Notes under the pieces: model-generated
What the model was told of the DNA's origin: nothing
The model's input: only the letters and a program-made list of their open reading frames with translations
Databases searched by the model: none
Part shown: positions 1-13,193 of the stretch, piece after piece
Numbering within the stretch: the stretch's first letter is position 1
How the letters are laid out: each line of letters starts with the position of its first letter
Origin: Octopus sinensis
Lineage: Eukaryota
Assembly (NCBI RefSeq): GCF_006345805.1
Contig: NC_043008.1
Coordinates: 25,172,001-25,236,000, forward strand
Direction: 5' to 3'
DNA: 64,000 nucleotides
Translations under genes and position numbers: made by a program

Positions 1-35
1 GCAAAAAGATCAAGCTACAAAATCTCCTACAAACT

Positions 36-1323
36 ATGTTCATTAACGGTAAAATTATCAGATCGGTTGCAATTTATGCACCCTCATCATCATCTGGGCA
101 AACTGAGTATGCCAAGGAGCATGGAAATAGAGCAGCAGCAAGGGTTTTTGGGCCACCACCTACAGAAAAAATGCTACGTGTCTGGCGACAGCAAGAAGAG
201 CAGCTGATGAGAGCACAAAAACATAACCTTCGTTGCCCAACCCCACATTGGCCAGAACTTGAGGATGATATTAAAACGTGGGTGCTTGATGAGAGAAACT
301 CAGGGAGAAGTGTATCTACCAAAATGATAATTCATGAGGCCATGAGAGTAGCAGAACAACGAGGGATACAGAACTTTGCAGGAACAGAAGGTTGGTGTTA
401 CAGGTTTATGAAACGGAAGGGTTTATCAATGCGTACAAAAACATCCATTGCACAAAAAATGCCTGCTGATTATAAAGAAAAAATATTAGATTTTCATAGA
501 TTTGTTATAAATGCAAGAAAGAAAACTTGTTTTGAACTGGGCCAAATGGGGAATATGGACGAAGTTCCACTCACATTTGGATGTACCATTGAACAGGACT
601 GTGAGTGTCAAAGGGTCTAAAACGGTTTCGATAAAAACCACTGGCCACGAAAAGACCCACTATGCAGTAGCTCTGGCCTGTTGTGCTTATGGCATAAAAC
701 TGCCAACTCTTTTGATATTTAAGAGAAAAACTCAGCCTAAGGATAAAATTCCAAGAGGTGTACTAGTTCATGTTCACGAAAAAGGCTGGATGGACGAAAA
801 TGGAATGAAACTGTGGTTACAAAATATATGATCAAGGCGTCCTGGTGGACTATTAAGAAAACCTTCTCTTCTGGTTTGGGATCAGTTTAGAGCACATAGA
901 ACTGAAGCCATTAAAAAAAGGGTGGGAGAATTGAAAACGCAGTTAGCTGTCATTCCTGGTGGACTGACGAGCCAATTGCAGCCTTTAGATGTGTCTGTGA
1001 ATAAGCCATTTAAGCAGAACATGCGTGAACATTGGAACAAGTGGATGGCAGAGCCACATCATGCCCTCACACCCACAGGAAGAATGAAGCGGCCCACCAT
1101 TGCTGAAGTGTGTGAGTGGGTGAAGAAATCTTGGGATGATGTTAGGCCTGAAATCATTGTGAAGGCTTTTAAGAAGTGTGGCATTAGCAATGCCCTTGAT
1201 GGCACAGAAGATGATGCATTATTTGAAGACAGTGATTTCAGCAGTAGTGATGAAGATGTTCCTTGTTTTGAAGATGATGAAGACTTTTCTGGTGTAGAAG
1301 ATGATGAAGAGTTTTCTGGTTAA
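36..1323 (+). pseudogene. pogo/Tigger-family (Tc1-mariner superfamily) transposase, disrupted: CENP-B-type HTH, DDE_1 domain, acidic tail
   Basis: ORF pieces 36-620, 511-831 and 922-1323 give WPELEDDIKTWV..R..G..VS, FAGTEGWCYRFMKR.GLSMR, NMDEVP, KTTGHEK, KGWMD, IPGGLTSQLQPLDVSVNKPFK, FKKCGISNALDGTEDD. One frameshift near 580 and a TGA at 829-831. Confidence 0.93.
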
Positions 1324-1491
1324 AAAGATGATTAAAGATGATTACTATTGTAATTTGTATGCTTTCCTTTTGTATGTTTGCTTTTATGCAGCAATGTTTT
1401 CTGCTTTTGTAATGTGCTGCTAGACTGCTTTCAACAATATATGCTTAAATACACTTAAAACTTTTTTTCCTGAATTTGACCTGCTGAAATG

Positions 1492-1530
1492 AGGGTGCGT
1501 CTAATATGCCAGTGCGTCTAATATGCCCGC
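1492..1530 (+). repeat. inner part of the pogo 3' terminal inverted repeat (tandem GTGCGTCTAATATGCC)
   Basis: GGGTGCGTCTAATATGCCAGTGCGTCTAATATGCCCG resembles the doubled transposase-binding motif of pogo-like TIRs. The expected terminal ...ACGGTA appears only at 3005-3017. Confidence 0.65.
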
Positions 1531-3004
1531 CCGTAATCCTTCCGGCCTATCTTGTAGATAAGAAAGTCTTTCGATGTAGTTTTTCCAACTCGTTTGACAG
1601 TTGGGATAACTGCCAAACGCTTGACTAGTCTGTTGTTTGAGGCCTTTATGGCCATGTACGCATTGTCTTTCTCTTGTTCATTTTTCCTTTTTATATTCAA
1701 TTTGGGAGGGGCGGTCTGTGTTTTTTTTTCTTTTTCTTAGAAGTAGTCGACCACCCCTCTTCTCTGTCTTTCTCTTCACTTTCTTCTGTCGTTGGTGATG
1801 TAACATATTTAGGTGTTGGTGCTGGTGTTTCTTTTGGTGTTGGTACTGATGTTGTTTCATCTGGTGTTTCTTCTTTTCTTTCCTTCTCTTTTGGTTGGCA
1901 CTCGGCCCTGATGTGTCCCCTCAACCCGCAGTTGAAGCATTTCGGTTTTCTGCCTTCCACGTATACGATCAGCCTCTCTCCTCCGCCAACATTTATGGCT
2001 TCTGGAATTTCTTCTAAGGTTGCTACCTCCGCTTGAATTGCCATCGTCAAACATTGCCCCTTCCAATGCTCTTCCTCTTCCACTGAGGCCTGGAGAACAT
2101 TTATTTTTTCATCCAGGCCTAATGTTATTGCTGCCACTAAACAAGTGGCATCCACTTCAGGGCGGAAGTTGTTTATTTTTGATGTTCTTCCTCCCATGTA
2201 TATTAGAAGAAGAACCACCTCCTGTGTTTTGAGTGTCTCCGAAGAGTACTTTTTCGCTGCTTCTTCTGTTTTAAACCTTACTTCCACTGTACCAAACCTT
2301 TTCTCGGTTGATGTAGGTGATTTTGGGCCAAATTGGTTTCAGGCATTTTTCCACTTTTTTCCCTCTATTCTTTGAATCATTTTTTAACTATGCTGTACGT
2401 CTTGTAGATGATCCTTTTCCTGTTTACTGCGTCGGTCGTTCCTTCTGTTGTAACCACTGTAATTTCCGTTCCTTCTTTTTCCAACATGTGCATATATTTT
2501 TCTAAATTACTCTTTTCAGTATTTAGCTTCTTTTCCTTTTTACCAGCTACCTCTGCGAATTTCTTTGGTGAGACTGCTGGTGTTTTTTTCGTTTTGTTTT
2601 TTTCGGTGTTACTGCTGGTGAACTACTTTCTTCACCTGACACAGGTGAGAAAGAGTAAGGTGTATGGATTTCCATTTTTCCACAACAAGTTGGCTTAAAA
2701 AGAGCCTTTCACAAAATTGGCTTCAAAAGCCTTTCACAAAAATTGGTTAAAAGAGCCGCAAGATAACAATAATTCCCCCGCAGGGGGGAATTTCAACAAA
2801 TAGCTTTCAAATAAACCAGATAAAAGTTCTTTTTAAAAGCAATAACAATAATTCACCGTAACAATAACAATATTTACAGGGAAAAAATTGATACGTACCA
2901 ACAATAGAAGAAGCAGCTGTTCGAGAAAACAGACATTACATACAGCCAAACTTCATATAGATACTTAATGCTAGCTAATTAGCAGATAATCTAGTGTAAA
3001 GGCT
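1531..3004 (-). mobile_element. retroelement 5' fragment: putative 5' UTR plus gag-like ORF1 with CCHC zinc knuckle (non-LTR L1/Tx1-like, family uncertain)
   Basis: ORF 1697-2287(-) contains CFNCGLRGHIRAEC followed by a T/P/E-rich spacer and a poly-Lys end. Lys/Glu-rich broken coding sequence continues upstream to ~2640. Outer boundaries are inferred from the split pogo TIR. Confidence 0.65.
1697..2287 (-). CDS. gag-like/ORF1 nucleic-acid-binding protein fragment (CX2CX4HX4C)
   Basis: Zinc knuckle CFNCGLRGHIRAEC preceded by VYVEGRKPK, a context typical of LINE ORF1 proteins. Confidence 0.75.
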   Translation of the reverse strand: MEVRFKTEEAAKKYSSETLKTQEVVLLLIYMGGRTSKINNFRPEVDATCLVAAITLGLDEKINVLQASVEEEEHWKGQCLTMAIQAEVATLEEIPEAINVGGGERLIVYVEGRKPKCFNCGLRGHIRAECQPKEKERKEETPDETTSVPTPKETPAPTPKYVTSPTTEESEEKDREEGWSTTSKKKKKKHRPPLPN

Positions 3005-3360
3005 GCGGTAAACGGTATGTGCACAGCTCCATCTGGAATATTCCATTTCTGCACGCTAATTTTATTTTTAATTTATTCCCATTCATGTGAAACCACTTAT
3101 TCAAGTTCAAGTCTTTGATGCAATTTTATACCAATTGCTATTTTTACTTTTGTTATGTTACGATTATATTATACTTTAGTTTGATTTTAATTATTACTTA
3201 CATTGTTATTATTATCTCTAATTTTTATTGTTAAAGTGAAAGTATCTGACATAAAATAGAGAAACTTTTAGTACGTAATACTGAAATAGTGGAGAAGATA
3301 TGAGATTGCTATGATAGGCAAGAAGTTGAACTTTTTTTGCCCATGAAACTACATGGACCC

Positions 3361-3463
3361 TAAGTAAGGCATGTGTAAAATTTGAATGAAATTGGTAGTG
3401 TAGTTCTCAAGTTTTAGGGAAACACACAGACAGACACACATTCTCAGTTTTATATATAGAGAG
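3361..3463 (+). repeat. end of a non-autonomous Helitron/Helentron-like repeat, copy 1
   Basis: TAAGTAAGGCATGTGTAAAATTTGAATGAAATTGG...ACAGACAGACACACATTCTCAGTTTTATATATAGAGA is nearly identical to 63725-63829. An (ACAG)n tract followed by TTTATATATAGA is typical of DINE-1/HINE-like ends. Confidence 0.55.
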
Positions 3464-3481
3464 ATATACATACACACACAA

Positions 3482-3485
<4 letters not shown>

Positions 3486-3517
<32 letters not shown>
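3486..3517. repeat. (CA)n microsatellite
   Basis: Direct reading. Confidence 0.95.
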
Positions 3518-3519
<2 letters not shown>

Positions 3520-3929
3520 AAATGTTCCTAAACTATGAACCCTTAATTAGCTAATATCCTAACTGAATAAGACTATCCATGGGGTAGAGGGCTCTAAAAG
3601 TGGTCTCAGGGAGTAGCTTCCCTGCCTTTCTGAGCTAATTTTCCACATTTTTAAAAATTGTGGTAGAGAACTTGGTCTTGGGACCACTCATGCCTATGAA
3701 CTGAGATTGGGGGTAAGCAAGGGCATGCTTCCTGTAGAAAATCCAGTTCCAAGAAAGCCTCGTGATAGCAAAGGAGAATGGGCACCAGCCACCCCAAAGG
3801 TTGGAGTGGGCTGCACCTGCTTACCTCATCAAAAAGAAAGGTACAAACACTAATACTGGGTTGCGCAAGTATTACTTGCCTAATGAAGGCCGAAGGCCTG
3901 AGGAGAAGTTTGGGAAGCTGGAAAGTGGG

Positions 3930-4553
3930 GAGTCTACATGGAAGGGGATTGGAGGTATGGGAGTTTTGGTGAAGGAAGTTTTGTTATCTGGTGGATGTAA
4001 GTGGTAGATGTGAAGCAGCTATGACAGCAAGAGCATGATTTGGCTGAAGTCCAGCATTGTTATTTAGGAAAAGGTTCTCATTAAAGATGAAATGAAGTGT
4101 CTATGAGGGTTGTGTGAGAGCTGCAATGCTGTATGGGAGTAGGATATGGAGTCTGAGGGAGAGAGATATGGTAATTTTGAGAAGGACTGTGAGAGCAATG
4201 GTGAGAGAAATGTGTGGCATGAAAATGTTTGATAAGAGGAGGACTGAGGATTTGATTGGAATGCTGGGTCTGGAGGAACGGTGTAATGGTTGGCAAGGGC
4301 GAATGGAGTGAGGTGGTATGGGCATGTTCTGAGGAGGGTGATTGCATTTGAGGTAAATGGAGTGCGAAAGCAAGGTAGACAGAGGAAAAGGTGGAGGCGA
4401 GATTGGGAGGGTTGGTTTGAAAAAGGAGGATGGCCAAAACTAGGCATGATGGTGAGATGGTGTGAGGGTGGTTGCTATGGCATTGAGGTAGATCCAGCCA
4501 CCCCACTGTTAACGGGGACAAAACCCAGATTTAAAACACTGGATGATGATAAT
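3930..4553 (+). mobile_element. RTE-clade LINE, degenerate 3' fragment with (GAT)n tail
   Basis: AAMLYGSRIW..., RAMVREMCG and NGVRWYGHVLRR are RTE C-terminal motifs. Ends in GATGATGATAAT. Confidence 0.8.
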
Positions 4554-6711
4554 AAAATCAATCAAGCAATATCAACATATGTAATTAGCATAAACCATGC
4601 ACCCCAAAACCAGTTCAGCCTTATGAGTGTGAAGGGTAGCTTAGAATAATGAAACTCCAAGATGTACAAGATTCACAAAGTATATCAAACATGTATTCCA
4701 ATCATCAGCTCCCTAATGGATATCACTCGTATGAAAAAATGCTGATGAAGATGTTTCCCTTTGCACTACATAAAATAAAAAAGCAAATTATATCCTAATA
4801 CAGCATTATACACAATGCACTTCAGAACAATATGTTTTGGATAGAGACATTTCCTGTTTATTTCAATTTTATATAAGAAATTGCACTTTATATTAGTAGT
4901 AGTTATTTTTGTCCAGTAAAGTTTTTATAATTAAATCCGTGTGACCTTGGTTTTCTCACTTTGTTTTTGTCTTAAACATGAAGTGTAAACAGCCTTTTCT
5001 GAAACAAAAAATTTAAAGATTTTTTTTAATAGAAAACAATGGCCTAGAATAAAGATTTGTTTCTACAGGCAATGTTTGCAGCAAGGATAAAGATCTTAAT
5101 CAGCAAAGAATATATATTTTCCATTTCCCTAGTCAAACTGATGGCTTTATACTTTTTAAAGTTGAATATATTTAGAAACAGCAATTATAGACAAGATATT
5201 ATTTTTGTCATAGCCTTTAGTCAGTTTTAGAACAATCATCTGATTTCTTAGCTAAGATTATTGCTTTGTTTGGATATGCTACTTTGAAAATATGAAAGGG
5301 AAATGCTATTTCTACTGAAAGATTGTAGATTTTTTTTTTGTAAATATTGAAATAATATATCAAAATAAATTAAACAAAAAAAAATCCTTTTTTAAAATTT
5401 TGATCACAAAGCCATTTCATTTTAATTCCTTTTAACCTCATTTTCTTTCAGATTACAGAAAAATATCAGCTGGCAGACAGGGCTTATGTTTGCTTTATAT
5501 AAAACAAATTTTAAAAAAAATATGCTATGGTTGACACGTTTTATATGTATTTGTATAAATTACACAATTACATTTTTATTATTTTTCTGTGAAACAATCT
5601 ATTTTTGGGTTGGGGTACCATTATTTAATATTTCATAATTAGGGATAAACTACCCCAGAAATATGAAAGATAAAGTTGATCTCAGTAGGATTTGAACTCA
5701 GGATATAAAGAGCTAGAATAAATGTCACTACAAATTTATACAACTGTTTAATGACTCTGAAAATCTATCAGTCTTAATGATAATAGAGATAATATTTAAT
5801 ATAAACAAAAAGCATTGATTTGTGAAAAGGAAAAGCCTATTGCATCAACTTCAGTTTCTGAGGGGTATTTTTGGAAAGATGAACAGAAAATGGATTTGAA
5901 ATCAAGATGAAAATGGAAGCAAATATTAAAATCCAAACATAATTTATCAAATGACATTAAAAGTTTAGTAAAACAAAACAGGCACCCACCAATGGGTAAG
6001 GAGCTATCAATTTGGCATTATCAAGATACTCTATGACTCTCATCATCTTTAGTTTTAATAAATCCTTTCCTTTTACCCACAGAAAGTTGGGTTGTCTGAA
6101 TTCTGACATCGCCATCATTAGCATTGACTGAATTTAAAGTAGTGGTGTGATTTTCCTCAACATTCTATCATTTTCGGTGGGCAGGAGAAGGGTTCAATAT
6201 ATACTTTCTAACTTCACTCTCAACAAGCACAATATTTCTTTCACTGTTTTTTCACTTTGACTTCTTTAGCAGTTTCATTCATCTTTTGAAGAACTTTCAA
6301 TTTCATTTTTTCTATAAGGACATACACCTCTTTCCAGATGGGTTGCTGTTATTCTTTTAATTCATCTGTTCTTATCATTTAAATAAATATTTATGCCACA
6401 TATTTGCATTTAACAATAAACATTTGCAACTATATCTGTTTAACAGTTGTGTTTCCAGGGAGGTAGGATTTTATAATCTGTCTTTGTATTTCCAAACATT
6501 TTGGGATGAGAGAAGGGGTTGATTAAATGAACCTGAGTACTTGGCTTGTACTTTATTATATTGACTCTGAAATTTCATAGTGATATGATACTCTTCTGTT
6601 TCCTTTTACTTTTCTTGAACATGCCATATCGATTATAAGATACACTTTCTTCTCAATATACAGCTTGTATTCCAATTTCCTTTCAGTTTGTATAGAGAAA
6701 TAATAATAATA

Positions 6712-6925
6712 ACCCTTTCTACTATAGGCACAAAGCCTGAATTCTTTTGGGGGTGGGGTAGTCGATTACATCGACCTCAGTTCTCAACTGGTACTTATTT
6801 TATCGACCTTAAATAGATGAAAGCAAAGTTGACCTTGGAATTTGAATACAGAACATAATGGCAGGCAAAATGCCACAAAGCATTTTGATTGGCATTGTAA
6901 TGATTCTGCCAGCCACCACCTTAAT
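6712..6925 (-). mobile_element. tRNA-derived SINE (octopus-type family), degenerate
   Basis: The reverse complement has B-box-like TTCAAATTCC, then GGTCAACTTTGCTTTCATC...GGTCGATAAAATAAGTACCAGTTGAG, ending in an (ATT)n tail. Related copies at 5640-5710 and 21835-22015. Confidence 0.75.
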
Positions 6926-9900
6926 AAAAATAAGAGGTTTTGAGTATGCTTTTAAAAGGAATAAATTCTGTTTCTTTATGATACCAATTGACTGTTGTGT
7001 TAAATCTCTTAGCCAGGGACATATTGTGTTCATACTGATATGAATGTTTGGTGTCTAATGACTTGATTACTACAATTTATTGTCACTATCTTAATTTTTA
7101 GTGTTTTATTTTCTTAGGATGTCAACCGTCATTGACTAGAACACAGATATAAACAAAAACAAATTATTGCAATTAGGATACAAGTATTACAATGGGAAAA
7201 GAAATTCAGTTAAATACGTTTTAGAAATACATTTGGCAGCAGCATCTGCCAGTACTAATCTTATTTCTTTCAACAATACAGAAACAATCTCTGCATATAG
7301 CAAAATGAAATTATCAATTTACATGCCCCCCTCATGAATAGCATACGCATCAAAATTCTCTTCTAGAAAGCACACATAATCAATACAGCACATGCTTCAA
7401 GGAGAAGTTTTCTCTCTAGGACCATAAAATGTTCCATTCAGCAACAACTGCTAACTCTCTATTTCAGAGATCCACTACAGATTATCATTCCTAAATCTGG
7501 GATGATACTCCTACAATATGTTCACACATCCAAGATGACACCCCAAAATTGGGCTTCTCAAATGAACATCATGAAGTCACTCAACAACATACCCCTGCAC
7601 TAGCCCACATACATGACAACTCCTCAGGCTATTCTTTCTGCTATTACTAATGCTGCCTCTGTTTCTTGAAGGCAGTTGGTCTTATCTCACCTCTACTCAG
7701 GCACATTCAACATATACTTCTCTTCTGGTCCATATTGCACTCATGCCTCCAGCCTGTCTCTTCAACCATTAACTTGCAAAAATTCAAAAGGAACATTAAT
7801 CAGTTTCACCAGACTCAGAGGTCCTGCAAAGACCATGGATGTAGGACCTCCCTTCAATAAAACTTCAATAAAAACCGTAGTAGTAGCATGTATGAACACT
7901 AGCAACATCATTAGGACTCTTATCATGTCACCCATATACTTCATATAAATAGCAACATTAATGGTAGGAATAGCAACAGTAGGTTTTTCCTACAAATTAA
8001 AAATTCAATACTAATAAAATACAACATTCACACACACACACACACACAAATATACACACACATGCACGTGCACACACAGCATCGAGTAAACAAGGCAAAA
8101 ATTATGCCAACAATTTCTCCATCATTTCAACCATCCTTTGAAATTTTATACAGTTAAAAGAAAATAAAGAAACTCAATTTTATTTGCAATTTCTGCATTC
8201 AGACAAAGATTTTATGGGTATTTTATATATCTATCAACTATACCAAATATCTACTTAGACTCTCTGTAATTGTATACTTATTCAATGAAGTACTTCAATG
8301 AGTAATAAAGCTTTTGTAGAGAAGATAGTTTTTTTCATTAATACATACTTTATTACAGATGTTTCCTTTCTGTACATGTTGCATTGCCTCACAAATCAGT
8401 GACTTTAATTACTTCAATTAGAAATTCAAACTATAAATTTATTTTAGTTTATAAAAATATTTCTATCTTAAAAGTATAAAACTCCAGCATGTTTTTGGCA
8501 ATACCCCAAATTTTTCAACTTAGATAGTTTTGTCATTGATCAACCAGCACTTCTAAAAACTGTGCTTGCTTCAGAATAGTATCTAGTTTTGTGTTTCAAC
8601 TTTAGTTTATGAGTCCATCTCACACTCAGGGTTTCCTTTTCTTTTTACCTCACTACAGCCTTTGTTATTCAGATCTCTTCAATTTACTTTTCATCCTATC
8701 CAATTAATAGAAATCAGTATTACTGGCTTCTGAGAGAAGAAACATTTACTTCTGAGAAACTAGAACAAGCTTCTAAAATTATTTTCTGTTATGCAAAATA
8801 TAAGCAGATTAGAGTGAAGATGTCAGTTTTGTACAAATAAGTAGGTTTTAAAGCTACAAGAAAAGAAAGTCAAGTTCACTTTTCTACTTTTGATTTCAGT
8901 TTAAACTTTCATCGATTTGTATTTGCATAAATTTTCAAGTTTTTATTCTTTTTTTTTTAATCTAAAACACTGAATAATGATAAATCATGTTGGTAAGTAA
9001 TATCCAAATAATTCATCATTCCTTCAATGAACAGATTGTCCTCATTTTACAAAACATGTTTATTCATGATCACTGCATGGCAATATGCTGTTTAAAATGG
9101 TCAACTTGCCAAGTAAGTGTGCTTATTGAAATGCAACAATAAATTTAACTAGATCATAGCTTACAGTTCTAGCTCTGATCCTTCTATAATTAACCATAAT
9201 TGCTAGCCCACTGATACATTGTACTCTCTTTCTCCTTTTATTACTTCAGCTGCATCAATTTCGTCAACATGAGAGGGAACCTGCAAGAGCAATGTGTAAT
9301 GTCTGCTTAGACTTAACTAAAAGAGAAAGTTATTGAAAAAAGCAGATGTGCCTTTCACCTGATTAATATTAGGAAATCTAACATAAACTTTATCTCTTGT
9401 CAGATATGATTTCTTTTGCATATGCTTGAGACCAATTTTTATGGTAGAAGGGTACTGACAATTAAATCAATTCAAATATATTACCAGTGCAATTATAAAT
9501 CATGAAAGAATGAAAGCATTTCAGTATTGGTAGAATTTCAACACAAAACAGTAAATTACTGAATTAAGCATGTTAAGAGAAAAAAAATTGTAACTTAGAA
9601 TGTATGTCTAAGCTGATGGATACAAATCCTTTGTGATACAAATCACTGGATAAAAAAATATGAATGCAAGTTATTAGATATTCAAAGCTATTCAATTTTT
9701 ACTACTATTTATGAATTCAAATTTGTCTTGATTTAGATTAAATCTGTGGCCTCTTAAAAATAATTTGATAACATCAATTCATGAATGTATCCCTCTGAGT
9801 CATATTCATGTGTTTTCTTTGACAGCTTTGAGTTTTTTACTTTGGTTTCTAAATCATGATTATGCATCTTCTTACATCAGTCCAATGAGTCATGAGTGTA

Positions 9901-10400
9901 CATCTACTGCCTGAATCAGAAGTATAGGCTAGCATATACATCCACTATGACTAAATGCATCATTACTTAGTTCTGCAAGCCTGAGGTAGATTATCAATTC
10001 CAGGTTAGAATAAGCTCATCTTTTGGATATCACAGTATAGTTTCATGAGAACCCCCACTGCATATCAAGTGAATTTTCCTTTGTTTTCTTTCTAATACTT
10101 ATTCTCATTCTGTTTTGTAATAAGAAACTATGCTTTATAATAAATACTGCACTTTATAACAAAATATAAAAATCATGTGTTGAGGCGCAAAGAGAGAAAT
10201 TTTATAAGTACAACAGTTCTGCTTAGGAATCCATATTAGGTTAATGACATAGATTGCAATCAAGAACTTGCTGGCTTAATTTAAAGAAAATGATAAAAAA
10301 CAAAGTCATTTTCCATAGCCAACAATTGCTAGATTTTCTTTTTAAATCACATCAAATGTTTTCATAAAACAAGTCTAAACATTTAAATTCCTTTTGATCC

Positions 10401-10747
10401 CAAGTTTTTCTTGACAATTGTATATTACATCTAAATTAAGAGATGTTATACTAAATGTTGTATACAAAATATAGAATTCTATTGAATTGAAATTTCTCTC
10501 TAAGAGGAATAAAAGAAGAAATTGCAGCAAATGTTAGGAGCTCTTGAAGGAAAGGAACATAATTTTGATCAGAAATTTCATATCAAAATTATGTCCCCTT
10601 TCCCTTAAGAGCTCCTAACAATTGTTGCAATTTTATTTTTCCTTTCTCTTAGAAATTTCAATTCATTAGAATTCTATATTTTGTGTACAGCATTTAGTAT
10701 ATGATCCCTTAATTTAGCTGTAATATATATTTGTCAAGAAAAATTTG
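10401..10747. repeat. long imperfect palindrome (foldback/MITE-like), arms ~170 bp
   Basis: CAAGTTTTTCTTGACAA at 10401 pairs with TTGTCAAGAAAAATTTG ending 10747. Internal pairs include TGTTAGGAGCTCTT/AAGAGCTCCTAACA and ACATAATTTTGAT/ATCAAAATTATGT. Centre ~10575. Confidence 0.9.
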
Positions 10748-11901
10748 ACTTTTATATATTAATAGGTAAGTTCAGAAAGTTCCTATTCAATATGTAGCCT
10801 TGACATCAGGAAGGAAGTGTTGATGTATAGATAAAAATACTAGTTCTTGTATAAATATCTGCCTTGTTGCAGAGTCAGTTAAATGAGCTTTCAAGGTATG
10901 CTTCTTGTGTCCATTTTATATAGTACTGTTGTTACAGCAGCCTCCATTTTTTTATGCAAGTTGTTCATGGTAAGTTTGTAGAATCTTCAGCTCATTTCTT
11001 TTAAATTGCATACATTTGACTGGAGCATTGAGTCATAATAGGCAGCGGAAGCTTTGATCTTGTACTTCTTTCTATGCTCTACTTTTGATTTTGTATAGGG
11101 CTCAAATTATGTGGGCAACCCTGGTGGAGATAAACTCTACCCATATCAGTTTGCTGCTTATGTGCCCAGGATTTCAAGCTTCTCTAGTAACTTTACAATT
11201 TCCAGATTACAGCTCAATATTTGAGAAATATCTTTTTGTTTATAAGATTTTAAAATTACCTTTTCATATACTTTCCAACTTTTTATCAAGACATAATATA
11301 AATTTAATTTGGTTGCAATATAACTTTCATTTGATTATCTAACTGGTATAGACAGAGTGGAGTCATCAGGATAGAGGTACTGTTTATTTTTATGGACATC
11401 GACCATATCATCTATGAAAACAGAGAAGCTGGCCAAGTTTTGATGCATTGTTGAAATTATACCATAATAGGTAACAGATCAGTAGACTTCCCTAAAGTTT
11501 ACTGCTCTGTTTGCTTGGTGGATCTCTTGTTTATGCAGCTCTTAAGTCACCTTAGTCATTGCTGTTGCAATCTCTTGTATCAGACTTTGTCAAAGGCTAT
11601 GAAAAACTTTGTGTGATCTATGTCCTTTTAATTGTTCCATGTTTGAGAGAACAGTAACACTTTGTTGTGCTGTGGTTATGCTGGAAACCAAATTGCCTTC
11701 TAGAAAATGTTCAGCAAAAACCTTGCAATTGTTAATCTACAGATGAAATTCACCTTTTATAAGTAGGAATTATTATGTTGACCGTAATAACACTGCAGTT
11801 CTATATTTAAGAGATGAGGAATTATGTACATTTTACATTATTTACATTTGACGGATATTTGTCCTCATCTTGTTTTTTGTTAACACGTTTTGGCTGATAT
11901 A

Positions 11902-13193
11902 TGAGGGACGTTCAATAAGTAATGCCTCTGACCCACTTTCAGGTGTTTGATCTAGTTGAAATGTTGCATGTGCAATTACTTATATCTCTATAGATTAGGT
12001 GGCAAATTACAGCTCTGAACTAATTATGGTTTCTGATTTACAGGTGTTTGAACTGAGTCAAGTGTGAAATGGAGCCTGTTGAGTGTCGAGCAGTGATCCG
12101 GTTTTTGCATTTGAAAGGACGCACACCATGGGAGACTTTTGATGAAATGAAAGTAACTTATGGTGATGATTCCCCATCATATGACCTTGTAAAACCCTGG
12201 CATCGTGAATTCAAACATGGTCGGAACTCTGTGGAAACAGCTCCCAGATCTGGTCGACCCCCTTCTGCCATTGATGAGGCATCTGTCCGTCAAGTTGAGG
12301 CTGCCATTTTGGAAGATCGACGCATAACTATTCGCCAAATAGCCCATGAGGTCAAGATTAGTACCGGGTCAGTGGAAACTATCATTCATGACCATTTGCA
12401 TAGGCAAAAGGTGTCTGCCAGATGGATTCCCAGGTTGCTCACACCTTTCCAGAAGCAAGAACGCGTCGAGTGCTCGAGGATGAATTTGGAGACGTACCAA
12501 GAAGATGAGTCAAACTTCTTCAAAAGACTGATTACACAGGATGAAACCTGGGTCCATCACTATAATCCAGAGACCAAAGCCCAGTCAATGCAGTGGAAGC
12601 ACCGTGACTCACCTCCTCCAAAGAAGGCAAGGGTGCAGCCTTCCGCTGGCAAGATCATGCTCACAGTCTTCTGGGACCAGGACGGAGTAGTGATGACAGA
12701 TTTCCTGGCAAAGGGTACCACAATTACAGGAGCCTATTATGCTTCACTTTTGAGGAAATTAAGAGAAGCTATCAAAATCAAGAGGCGGGGCAAGATCAGC
12801 GAAGGCATCCTCCTCCTGCAGGACAACGCTCCGGTCCACAACTCGCGTGTCGCCAGATCAGAAGCACAGGCATGCGGCTATGAACTCCTCCCACACTCCC
12901 CTACTCTCCTGACCTTGCACCCTCTGATTTTCACCTCTTCCCAGCCATGAAGTTGTTTTTGAAAGGAAAGCATTTCCCAGATGATGCAGCCTTCATTTCT
13001 AAAGTCATGTCGTGGATGGATGACCAAGCTGGGGTCTTTTACAAAAACGGTCTTCAGAGCTTAATCAAACGATGGGATAAATGCGTAACTCTGAGTTGTT
13101 CCTATGTAGAAAAAGACCAATAACTGTGCCAAGTTCCGTTGCTCTACAGGTATGGGAAGTGGGTCAGGGGCATTACTTATTGAACGCCCCTCG
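11902..13193 (+). mobile_element. full-length mariner DNA transposon, 1292 bp (DD34D; irritans/Himar1-like)
   Basis: TIRs TGAGGGACGTTCAATAAGTAATGCCTCTGACCCACTT and AAGTGGGTCAGGGGCATTACTTATTGAACGCCCCTCG. TA TSD at 11900-11901 and 13194-13195. The empty site is visible at 18061-18075. Confidence 0.97.
12069..13123 (+). pseudogene. mariner transposase with a frameshift near 12900
   Basis: RSGRP, SARWIPRLL, ITQDETWVHHY and LLQDNAPVH in ORF 12069-12950. YSPDLAPSDFHLF continues in a shifted frame. The end coordinate is approximate. Confidence 0.93.

Noticed and set aside
5452-5490. Possible small exon after TTTTCTTTCAG
   Set aside because: No good splice donor and no recognisable peptide.
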